From the NCBI RefSeq assembly GCF_039654945.1, contig NW_027361830.1:1-64000 (forward strand): DNA of 64,000 bases, read 5' to 3'. This document shows, one piece after another, positions 24,410-34,335 of this stretch. The notes under the pieces were generated by a model, which worked only from the letters and a program-made list of their open reading frames with translations, was not told the DNA's origin and did not search any database. The position numbers and the translations under genes are program-made. The stretch comes from Dendrobates tinctorius (Eukaryota). Every line of letters starts with the position of its first letter. The stretch's first letter is position 1.

Positions 24410-26988
24410 CCGGAAAACTGCCACGGAGAAACATCTCATGTATTTATTATTTTTTCCCCTTTGCACAGGTCGTACAGACCAACCTTAGGACTTTCTGGTA
24501 TTGGGGCATCCTCCCACACAGCTGCTAAGTCTCCTTAGGCCCCTTCAACCATATGGGAAAACACCAAAAGGAAATGCAGCCTCTAGCACTCCAAGATATC
24601 AAGAAATGCTTTGCTCTTGAGCAGTGATTTGATCCTAAAATTGGTTTCCTCCGACATCTGTTACTTCATTTCCAGTTGGTCATTCGTAGGAAGACCTACC
24701 TACATTCACAGACAAAAAAAGTGGAAGGACTGATTACTATTTATTTGACATAGTAATTCTCTATTCCGTAGCCTTGCTTTACATTTACATCTGCCCAAGT
24801 ACCAAAACTTTGGTTCCTGGGTGAGAAACCGAGATGGTGCAACGGAGGAACCTGGCAACACAACAGTAGTGGGAGGCTCCTGCTCATCAGTAGGACACTT
24901 CTCCACATATGCCTAAGTGAACATGAAAGGGAAGACTGAGCTAATGGACTCCGCGTTCGATGTTTCTATATTATTTTTTTTTCTTGCTAGAATACTTGAG
25001 CAATACAGAAAAGTTGGGAAACTGAGAAATACCACTACCTTGAAAGACCGGTTAGCTGCCATTCATTATAATTTGCAGCTACTACTGAGCGTACCTTATG
25101 GTTACCCCTCAGGTTTTACGTCTTACATTGAAGACATTTGGGAAAAGGCTTTTAAATATGTGAAGTCAATATGTGCCAAATTCTGCCGAATACTCTCCCC
25201 TCCTGTATGAACAGAACGTTGGCTACTAAGGGAAGAGTTATTGCCCCATCGAGAGAGTTAATGCCTTTTTGATGTATAGCAATTTTGAAGACAGGTCAAG
25301 ACCACGTGTGTTGGTCAGTAGGAGATTGCTAATTCCTCGCAATACCATTGTAGAAAACATTAGACCTTACACTAGAAGCAAGTGACACCTTACATTGGTT
25401 CAAAACAAGAAGCCCTAATTTATGATGGTTGGTTAGGGTCTACATCTAGGATAAAGGGCCCCTGATTCTTTTCTGATCAGTTGCTTTTACTCAAAGGCCA
25501 ACTTGAGACGCCTCCTTGACTAGTAGGACTTTCTAAAACCATTCAGAAAGGAATTTCTTTAATCTAGGATGGGTGTGAATGTGTAGTAATCATGACAACT
25601 CTGTGGCTGGGCACATACAGGACAATACACAGGCAGGGTATAGCTCATCTCTAGCTCGGTGCAGAGCTTTTATACACAGGTCAAGATCAAATCAGCCCTA
25701 ATTCAATCTTGTAAGTTCTAGTAATGGATGATCCAGGCCTGGAAATGTTAGCTCTTCTAACACCTTGCTTAGGGATTGGCCTTCACAAGGGTCTCTCGTC
25801 AAAGGACCTGCCGACAAAGGTGTATTCATTGTAACTGTTACATTAGTGCTTTCTAGTTGAATACTGTTAATCATAATGTGAACTATGCTGTAGCTGTTGG
25901 GGTTTTTTTTTAGATGCATCATAAGGAAGAAAGAAAAAAATAAATTATGGCCGATCTAGTTTTGTGATCTGGAGGGAGGGAAGATGGGGTTTGTACAGAT
26001 GCAAAATCAATGTTAGTATTTTAATAAATGTTGCTAAATGTTGTGGAGCCAAAATCACGGGTTACTAATTGGAAGAAGTGCCATTAAACTGAGTGTTGAT
26101 CACTTTACTGTCGGGATGACTTAAAGCGCACTGCATCCCCTCTAAACCAGACGGGGATATGATGCACCTTAAAAAAAAAAAAAAATAATAAAAAAGTAAC
26201 GTGTTCTGAAGTGTAACGTGAGTGTTTTGGAGGAAATTTAGCCTATTTTAATCCAGGTGTTTAACACCGATCCTTCACATTTCTGTTCCTTTATAAAAGT
26301 AATAACTTTTAGTGTCTTCTTTGTACAGTATCTTAAAGCAATCATCCATGAATTGGTGACATTACTGTAGACTTGTCAAACCACTACTGCTAATCCTGGT
26401 GTCATCGCCATTATTTTAGGAGTGAAAGCAATAGGTTATACAGGTCACTCATACCAAGCGAAGGTTTTATTTGTCTCATTTTAACACATGTTACAACTGG
26501 CCATTAATACTAATAATGATGAGGTGATCTATGAGAAAATGTGTAGAATTGAAAGATCCTTCCAAAACGAAGCTATGGCTGACTGATTAATTATGTTTGA
26601 AATTAGGCAAACTGCTTTTGATGGATCATGCGTTCCTGATGACCTATGAAATAGAAATTAGCCGTAAAATTATTTTGGGTAAAGTTACATCAAATTTGTT
26701 TCTACACGATCAGCATTTCTCCTGCCACAGGCATTTGTGAAACTTGTCTTTTTTTATGTTTTCTGTACAAGGAGACAAGGACTACGATGTTTTTGGTCTT
26801 GGTTTACTTTTAATACATACATGTTTTAGTACATACCTGTTCGGTTTGATCTTCAGGAGTAGTTTGGTGGTACACATCCATAGCACAAGCTTTCAAAATT
26901 TAGTACTGAAACATGTCTTAAAAACTAAATGTGTGCATGTCACCTGGTTGTATCTGCGCAAAAACTATTTGTACTGTATGTGTACAGA

Positions 26989-26994
26989 AATAAA
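26989..26994 (+). terminator. Probable SLC22A23 polyadenylation signal (3'UTR about 24410-27015)
   Basis: AATAAA preceded by clustered TGTA motifs and followed by GT-rich TGCTTGTTTGTG. The 24.4-27 kb stretch lacks recognisable transposons. Confidence 0.6.
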
Positions 26995-28658
26995 AACCTA
27001 AAAACAACTCAACTGCTTGTTTGTGAATTATGAATGGTGCTTAATGCTAACCAGATGCATAAAGTGTGTATTCTCATATTGATTGACTTCTACCTCTTAG
27101 GCTATGCACACAAATCAACCTCAAAGACAGAACTCCTTAAAAACATAACTTCCACTATAAAAAATGTATTAAAATATCTTCACATTTCCTTAATGGGCTT
27201 GCAATGAAACAAAAATACTGCTTCTAAAGTCGCACAACAAGAGACCTAGTTGGGCGGAGAGAGTCTGGTGAGGACCTCTCTTTTGGACTAGATATCGTAC
27301 CTCCTACTCAGCCGCGCTTTCAATGATTTTCTGTTCCCCCATCCTCCGCAGCAATTCAGGGTAAATTATATAGATTTTTAGAATCTGGGAACGGACAAGA
27401 TTTTCTTTAAGCAAAAAGAAATTTATAGTGTAGCTTTCCCCACATCGCTGCAGTCCTCTTTCCTGGCCTATATTTGTAGATGGTCAGAAACTCCTTCATT
27501 CCATCCAAAAATCCACCTAGCGCGCAGACATCCCTTAACTTTGTCAGGTTGTGTGCCACTTTCAAATCTAGTCCTGTATATTTCTTGAAAGACATCCTGG
27601 TGATTGCAGTTATGTCTTTCTTAAGTTCTCTTTTTATTGAGCTTGTAAGCACTGATTTGGAGATGGCTGAAGAGTTCACTGTTATCGCCTAATGCCAACC
27701 AGCTTCAGGGCAGTGCTTACAAGCTAAATAGTAGCCGTGGTCAGATTCCTAGGCAAGGAAATTATCTCCAGAATGGCTGTAAATTTTAATAAGGCTATGT
27801 TAACAGCCTTGCGTTTTTTTTAATGCAGATTTTCAGCTGTGTTTCACAGTACCAGCGAAAGCTATGAGACTTCAGAAATCTCATGCACACACCTTGTATT
27901 GGAAAACTGCTTTTTTGCAAACTGCAGCATGTCCCTTTCAGCATTTTTGCAGCATTTTTTTCACCCATAAAAAGCAATGAGTAAGTGCAAAGAATGCAGG
28001 TTTCAGGTTTTGCTGCATTTTTGGTACAAAAACTCTAAGGAAGTTGCATCACTTTTTTCCCTTCACCCATGACAGCACCACATGAGAGAGGGATCCGCCC
28101 CGCCAGGACAGGAACCTACTGAAATATAAGGGGCGGCACCTCTCCCCCGCTTCAGTTGGGTTCCTGTCCTGGAGCGGGATCCCAGGCTGACAGCGGCGGT
28201 GCCTGCCATGGATGAAGACATGGACCCAGGGCCGTCCCGGCGCGGGAAGAGCAGGTCAGCTTACCTGCAGCGCTGGCCGTCGGCGCCTGGAAGCGCAGTC
28301 CCCGGGGTTCCTCCAGCAGGCCCCGGGTTCGTGCGGGTGCAGTAAGGCGGCCTCCATTCGGGGCGCTCCTCCGTGCCTCCCTCCCCCTGCGCGCGCGCCC
28401 GCTCGCTCCTTCTCCCTGGGACAGGGGAAGCCGGGCGCGACTTCCGGCGCCTGACGTCAGCGGCGCGGTGCAGCTTGGGTATGCGCCGGCTGACGTCACG
28501 GACGCGACTGACATGGCGCCTAGTGCGGCGCCGGCCACAAAAGAAGGAAAAAAAAAAAAAAAGAAGAATGGCCGGCGGTCGCAGGGGGGAGGGTCAAAAG
28601 GATCGCTCACCGGGGCCTATTTAAAGGAGGCAAGGAGCAGAACGGCCGGGCTGTTACA

Positions 28659-28857
28659 ATGGGGTCACAGCAGGAACGCTCACCGTCCCTACTGTCTCTA
28701 CCCCCGTCGCAGACCTCGGCACGGAAGCACGGTAGCCGTTCGAGCGGTAAGAGCAGCAGCCGTCCGAGCCATAGATCAAATGATTCCTCGAGATCGAGAG
28801 AACACAGACCACATGCTCCAGCGCAGCCTTCCAGCCCGGTACCCGATTTTGTGGGTG
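28659..28857 (+). CDS. Putative first (Ser-rich) exon of DIRS gag
   Basis: TATTTAAA at 28618-28625, ACAATGG start at 28659, donor-like GTGGGT (28851) or GTGAGT (28858), acceptor ttccttag at 28927. Confidence 0.4.
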
Positions 28858-28927
28858 GTGAGTGGATCTTCGTGAATGTTAGACCATTATTAATAGGGTC
28901 CTTTTTGTGTGTTATTTGCTTCCTTAG

Positions 28928-30156
28928 GTGAATGGCAAAAAAGCAGGGAGCAAAAGAAATAGGGAGTGTGCGATATGCCAGAACCCCCTAGCGAAGGATT
29001 GGCAAAAAAACCTTTGCGCTAGCTGTATACAGCAAACAGTGGCGGAGGAAGTGCCGAGCCTAGCAACTCACCTCAGATCTGTCATAAAATCAGAGGTGGA
29101 AGGTTCACTTAAATTATTATTAAAGAAAAAGAAAAAAGTAGAAGAAACTCCTCAAGTTCTTCAGACTCCTCCTCGTCCGAATATCAGGCTGAGCGCATGT
29201 CCTCTTCCTCCTCGGATAGTGACACAGGGGGCAGACCGTGTTTTCCGGTTGAGGATACTGATAGTCTCCTTAAAGCCATTAGGTCAACTATGGGCCTTCA
29301 GGAGGAAAAAGCGACCAAATCCCTAGAAGATGTAATGTTTGGTGGGTTACAGGAAAGGAAGAAACGCACCTTTCCAGTTAATGAAAAAGTCCAGGCGCTC
29401 ATCGAAAGGGAGTGGAAGAAGCCTGAAAAATCAGGTAGCCTTCCTTCCTCCTCAAAAAGGAGATATCCCTTTGACCCTAAGGATACGGAAATATGGGACA
29501 AGGTCCCAAAAATCGATGCGGCAGTATCCAGGTCATCCAAAAGGTCGGCCCTGCCCCTAGAGGACTCAGGAGTACTAAGAGATCCACTAGATAAGAAAGC
29601 AGACTCCTACCTAAGGCATGCTTGGGAAGCAACAGCGGGGGGACTAAAACCTGCGATAGCCGGTACCTGTACAGCCCGGTCTTTAATGATCTGGCTACAG
29701 CAGCTAGAAGAAAAAATTGCTTCCAAGATGTCTAGGGAGAAAATTTTAGGAGACATGTATCTGCTACACGGAGCAGCCGCCTTTTTAGCCGACACCTCTG
29801 CCGATTCCATGAGGTTGACGGCGAGAGCAGCGGGACTATCAAATGCTGCAAGGCGTGCATTATGGCTTAAAGGGTGTCTGGGAGATCTACAATCAAAAGC
29901 CAAATTATGCTCCCTTCCATGTGATGGACAATTTCTCTTTGGAAAAAATCTGGACGAAATCCTAGAAAAAGCGGGTGATAAGAAGAAGGGCTTCCCCAGG
30001 TTTCAGGGAGATCAAAGAAGACCGCCCTTTCGGAGGGGGAAATTCAATAGAGGCCGGCCTCCGGGAGATCGGAAAAGATGGGAAGACAAGAGGAAGAAAG
30101 AGTCTGGATTCATGTTCGGGGGAGCCGCTTCATCCGCAAAAAAGTCCCCTCAATGA
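28928..30156 (+). CDS. DIRS gag-like protein (CxxC-CxxC finger plus LAP2alpha-like domain), one frameshift near 29135
   Basis: CAICQNPLAKDWQKNLCASC in ORF 28928; YPF..WDKVPKIDAAV..DPLDKK..RRALWL..LFG in ORF 29197; the frames join across the A-run at 29122-29137. Confidence 0.8.
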
Positions 30157-32053
30157 CGCCGGCATCCCCGTAGGGTGGAGACTGATGCTGTTTGGTCAGG
30201 CCTGGGAAAATATATCTTCCAATACTTGGATTTTAAACATCATAAAGGAAGGTTTAAAATTCCCCTTTTTTCAACAGCCAAGAGCATCATTTGTGGTGAC
30301 CCCCGTCAGGAGAGGGGTAGAAGAACAGTTGGCCTTAGAGGCAGAGATCCTAAGCCTGCTGGACAAACATGTCCTGATCGAGGTCCCAAGAGGACAGGAA
30401 AGAAGGGGTTTCTACTCGCCCCTCTTTCTAATAAAAAAACCGGATCATTCGTTCAGGACTATTATAAACCTGAGAGGCCTCAACCGTTGGATACAGAACC
30501 AAACCTTCAAAATGGAGTCAGTGACTTCAGCTATAAGGCTGTTACACCACAACTGCTTCATGGCGGTAGTCGATCTAAAGGATGCTTACTACCACATCCC
30601 GATCCATTCAGAATACCAAAAATACTTAAGGGTAGCGCTCTACATTCGGGGCAACCTCAAACATTTTCAGTTCAGAGCCCTTCCATTCGGCATATCCATA
30701 GCACCGAGGGTGTTTACAAAAGTAGTTGCAGAGATGACAGCATTCCTCCGCATCCACAACACAATTATAATACCCTACCTAGACGATTTTCTAATTGTGG
30801 GCAACTCAGAACGTCACTGCACAGAGCAAGTAGAAAGGGTGATAGATACCCTACGGAATCTCGGCTGGATGGTGAATGTCAAGAAGTCAAGGCTACAACC
30901 CTTACAAAGGCAAATGTTCTTAGGTTTCATCTTGTACTCAAATCAACAAATTTGTCTCTTACCAGACGCCAAGGTGGAAAAGGTAAGGGATATGATCTTG
31001 GCAACAATAGATCAACCTCACACGACCCTGAGAGGGGCAATGTCCTTGTTGGGCACTCTGACAGCCTGTATCCCAGCGGTCAGATGGGCACAATTTCATA
31101 CCCGTCAACTACAAGCAGAGGTCCTATCAGCACAGAAGTCGCTAAAAGGCTGTTTAGAAGGAAGGCTGGAACTTTCCGTAAAAACCAAAGGCTCTCTCAG
31201 ATGGTGGCTAGACAGAGCAAACCTACTAACAGGGACATCGTGGCAGAAGCCAGTGTCCGACGTGATAATGACAGACGCAAGCTCCTCGGGGTGGGGAGCG
31301 CACCTAAGGGGACAGGTAGCCCAGGGACCCTGGGGACACCTAGAGCAAAACGCATCCTCCAACCTAAGAGAGCTATGGGCAGTAAACAGAGCCCTAAGGA
31401 TATTCATGCCCACTCTAGAAGGCCGCAATGTCCGGATTATGTCGGACAACAGCACAACAGTAGCCTACATCAACCACCAGGGAGGGACAAGGTCACGCTC
31501 CCTAATGCTCGAAACCAACGAGATCTTTCACAGGGCAGAGAGACACCTACACTCCCTATCAGCCCTACACATCAGAGGGGTAGAAAACACACAAGCTGAT
31601 TTCCTAAGCCGCAACACACTAAAACAGGGGGAATGGACCCTGAATCGGGTAGTGTTCCAAAAGATAGTACATCTTTGGGGAGAGCCAATAATAGACCTCT
31701 TTGCCAACAGAAGCAACAGGCAGGTAAAAAGATTCTGTTCACTGAACCCAAAGGAAGAGCCATGGGCAGTGGACGCTTTGCAAATTCCGTGGGATTTCAA
31801 GCTAAGTTATGCCTTTCCTCCGGTAGCTCTAATCCCAGTAGTAGTGAAAAAGATAAGGGAAGATCAGGCCAGAGTGATCTTAATAGCCCCGTTCTGGCCA
31901 AAAAGGCCATGGTTCTCACTACTACAGATAATGTCCCTCTTAGATCCATGGGTACTGCCAGAGATTCCAGACCTGCTAGCTCAGGGTCCGGTATTCCACA
32001 CGCAAGTCAAGGGGTTCCATCTGACGGCGTGGAATTTGAAAGGTCACTTTTAA
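29975..32053 (+). CDS. DIRS reverse transcriptase / RNase H / adenine-methyltransferase-like ORF
   Basis: 692 uninterrupted codons; DLKDAY, LPFG, YLDD (RT); TDAS, E, SDN, ADFLSR (RNase H); IDLFA, YAFPP (MT-like). True start uncertain. Confidence 0.95.
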   Translation: MIRRRASPGFREIKEDRPFGGGNSIEAGLREIGKDGKTRGRKSLDSCSGEPLHPQKSPLNDAGIPVGWRLMLFGQAWENISSNTWILNIIKEGLKFPFFQQPRASFVVTPVRRGVEEQLALEAEILSLLDKHVLIEVPRGQERRGFYSPLFLIKKPDHSFRTIINLRGLNRWIQNQTFKMESVTSAIRLLHHNCFMAVVDLKDAYYHIPIHSEYQKYLRVALYIRGNLKHFQFRALPFGISIAPRVFTKVVAEMTAFLRIHNTIIIPYLDDFLIVGNSERHCTEQVERVIDTLRNLGWMVNVKKSRLQPLQRQMFLGFILYSNQQICLLPDAKVEKVRDMILATIDQPHTTLRGAMSLLGTLTACIPAVRWAQFHTRQLQAEVLSAQKSLKGCLEGRLELSVKTKGSLRWWLDRANLLTGTSWQKPVSDVIMTDASSSGWGAHLRGQVAQGPWGHLEQNASSNLRELWAVNRALRIFMPTLEGRNVRIMSDNSTTVAYINHQGGTRSRSLMLETNEIFHRAERHLHSLSALHIRGVENTQADFLSRNTLKQGEWTLNRVVFQKIVHLWGEPIIDLFANRSNRQVKRFCSLNPKEEPWAVDALQIPWDFKLSYAFPPVALIPVVVKKIREDQARVILIAPFWPKRPWFSLLQIMSLLDPWVLPEIPDLLAQGPVFHTQVKGFHLTAWNLKGHF

Positions 32054-33018
32054 GTAATAGAGGATTCTCCCCTGGGTTGGTGGCTACACTGATGAAAAGT
32101 AGGAAGCCAGTAACAACTAATATATATGGTAGAATATGGAATAAGTTTCTGGGGAAACCATTAGACCAAGAACCCCCGATCAAGACTATCTTAGAGTTCT
32201 TACAGGCAGGTCTACAGCTAGGCCTAGCGGTAAATACACTCAAAGTACAAGTTTCAGCGCTAGGCGCTCTATATAATTGTAACATAGCGGCAAACAGATG
32301 GATAGCTAGGTTTATTAAATCCTGCCACAGGTCTAGACCAGTCCCATCGCAAAAAATGGCTCCCTGGGATTTAAACCTTGTGTTAGAAGCTCTCACAAAG
32401 GAACCATTTGAACCAGTACAACAACTATCAGTGAAATATCTTACCCTAAAAACCATTATTCTAGTGGCCCTTACATCGGCACGTAGGGTAAGTGACCTGC
32501 AGGCCCTATCAGTTAGTCCACCGTATACCCAGGTATACCAGGACAGAATTGTCCTAAAAACAGACCCTGCTTATTTACCGAAAGTGGTGTCGGATTTTCA
32601 CCGTAGCCAGGAAATCGTCCTCCCCTCCTTCTGTGAAAATCCGAAAAACCCAGGAGAGGAGAAATTCCATAATCTAGATGTGAAAAGAGCCCTCTTAGAG
32701 TATATATCAGTAACCAGCCAGTGGAGGAGGTCCCAGTCCCTATTTGTAGCCTTCCAGGGTGCCAGGAAAGGTTATGGATTATCGAAAGGGACTATTGCCA
32801 GATGGATTAGGGAGGCCATTAGTGTAGCCTACTCAGCTAGTGGTGTTCCGATTCCTGATGGCATCAAGGCTCATTCCACCAGAGCCGTGGCGACCTCCTG
32901 GGCTGAAAAGGCAGAGGTATCAATTGAGCAAATTTGTAAGGCCGCTACCTGGGCCTCACCCTCAACCTTTTTTAAGCACTATAGATTAAATCTATCCTCC
33001 TCGGCTGACTTGACCTGA
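31633..33018 (+). CDS. DIRS tyrosine recombinase
   Basis: TSARRVSDL (R), AHSTR (HxxR), ATWASPSTFFKHY (W, Y). Overlaps the RT ORF; the TGA at 33016 is followed by 11 more in-frame codons. Confidence 0.93.
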   Translation: MDPESGSVPKDSTSLGRANNRPLCQQKQQAGKKILFTEPKGRAMGSGRFANSVGFQAKLCLSSGSSNPSSSEKDKGRSGQSDLNSPVLAKKAMVLTTTDNVPLRSMGTARDSRPASSGSGIPHASQGVPSDGVEFERSLLSNRGFSPGLVATLMKSRKPVTTNIYGRIWNKFLGKPLDQEPPIKTILEFLQAGLQLGLAVNTLKVQVSALGALYNCNIAANRWIARFIKSCHRSRPVPSQKMAPWDLNLVLEALTKEPFEPVQQLSVKYLTLKTIILVALTSARRVSDLQALSVSPPYTQVYQDRIVLKTDPAYLPKVVSDFHRSQEIVLPSFCENPKNPGEEKFHNLDVKRALLEYISVTSQWRRSQSLFVAFQGARKGYGLSKGTIARWIREAISVAYSASGVPIPDGIKAHSTRAVATSWAEKAEVSIEQICKAATWASPSTFFKHYRLNLSSSADLT

Positions 33019-33077
33019 CGTAGAAGGGTGCTGCAAGCGGTGGTCCCTCCCTAAAGGTGTTTCGAAGTCTCCAAAAA

Positions 33078-33164
33078 TCTCTCATGTGGTGCTGTCATGG
33101 GTGAAGGGAAAACCACCATGGTTACTTACCGGTAGCCGGTTTTTCCGGAACCCATGACAGCACC
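33078..33164. repeat. DIRS internal complementary region (ICR)
   Basis: First part is complementary to the left terminus, second part to the right terminus; they join at GAAGGG-AAAA-CCACC. Confidence 0.92.
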
Positions 33165-34127
33165 CGTATATTCCCCCCCCTTTTTTCACCGTATGGGTGT
33201 GCACAATAGTCGGGTGTATTTGTGTGATGTGGTGTTGGATAAACATGTAACTAACCGGGAAGTCCTCTCAATGCTCTGTAATCCAACTGAAGCGGGGGAG
33301 AGGTGCCGCCCCTTATATTTCAGTAGGTTCCTGTCCTGGCGGGGCGGATCCCTCTCTCATGTGGTGCTGTCATGGGTTCCGGAAAAACCGGCTACCGGTA
33401 AGTAACCATGGTGGTTTTATCATTATGCACAAGAGACAATAAAAACACAAAATACCTGCTTTTTGTAAACAGGATTTGCCTGCAGAAAAAAACGCAACGT
33501 GTAAATATTGCCTGAGAGTACTTTCCCACGTTCAGGATTTGCTGCGGTTTTGACGCTGTGTATTTATGCAGTGTCAAAAACGCAGTGGCTAAGATGTTGT
33601 GCACCTGGGGAAAAAGACATGCAGCGTGACTTTCAGATCAATCTTAACATTCATCTACCTAGCAACTATATATCATTTACTATACATATATCTCTTCGTT
33701 CAGTATGTGTTTATCTCAGATCAACAGCATGTCCAGGGGCAGACACTGACAGCTTGAGACCCCTGTGCAAGAAATGTCTGGGCCCCCTTCCTTTTATACA
33801 GTGCCCTCTCTTGCTATGTACAGCACCGTTCCCTACATATTGTATTATATAGAGCCCTGTATTTTATTACATACTGTGATGAATGAACTCATGGAGATCA
33901 ACATCCAACACTTCGGAGACACCATCACGTTTCTCAACGCAGTGATTCTAGAGCAATGCCCCCATCCCCTATGGGAAATATGCAAAATCATGCAAAACAA
34001 GCTGCGGAGACACCATCACGTTTCTCAACGCAAGCAATGACTAGCCAGGTCTTTCCCCAGGAAGGAACAACCACGGGAAGGGCAGTCTCCAATGAAGAAA
34101 ACCACATATGCCAAAACATGGTATCCA

Positions 34128-34171
34128 TCCACAGACAGCTGTTTCGGGGTATTGCCCCTCATCAGTGTGGA
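34128..34171 (-). ncRNA. Minimal type I hammerhead ribozyme
   Basis: Minus strand TCCACA CTGATGA GGGG-CAATA-CCCC GAAA CAGCTGTC TGTGGA; complete core, GUC cleavage triplet. Confidence 0.85.
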
Positions 34172-34293
34172 GTAGGAAACTGGCTAGTAGGATGGTGTCT
34201 CCGCAGTGTTGGATGTTGATCTCCATGAGTTCATTCATCCTCATTTTTCACAGTCTTTTACTAGGCATTGCTCCTACTAGCCAGTTTCCTACT

Positions 34294-34335
34294 CCACACT
34301 GATGAGGGGCAATACCCCGAAACAGCTGTCTGTGG
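34294..34335 (+). ncRNA. Minimal type I hammerhead ribozyme
   Basis: CCACA (stem I), CTGATGA (34299-34305), GGGG-CAATA-CCCC (stem II), GAAA, palindromic ACAGCTGT stem III, GTC cleavage after 34330, TGTGG (stem I'). Confidence 0.85.

Larger units (their letters stand above)
28055..33418 (+). mobile_element. DIRS1-type tyrosine-recombinase retrotransposon, near full length
   Basis: Identical 95-bp ITRs 28065-28159 / 33283-33377, right-end extension to 33418, ICR 33078-33164, T-run termini without TSD, and gag, RT-RH-MT and YR ORFs. Confidence 0.97.

Noticed and set aside
27113-27790. Possible LINE (L1/Tx1-like) 3' fragment on the minus strand; similar at 36505-36930
   Set aside because: No diagnostic motif survives; it needs a repeat-library search.
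29120-29140. Programmed -1 frameshift in DIRS gag
   Set aside because: No in-frame X XXY YYZ heptamer; a single missing A in a homopolymer (mutation or sequencing error) explains it.
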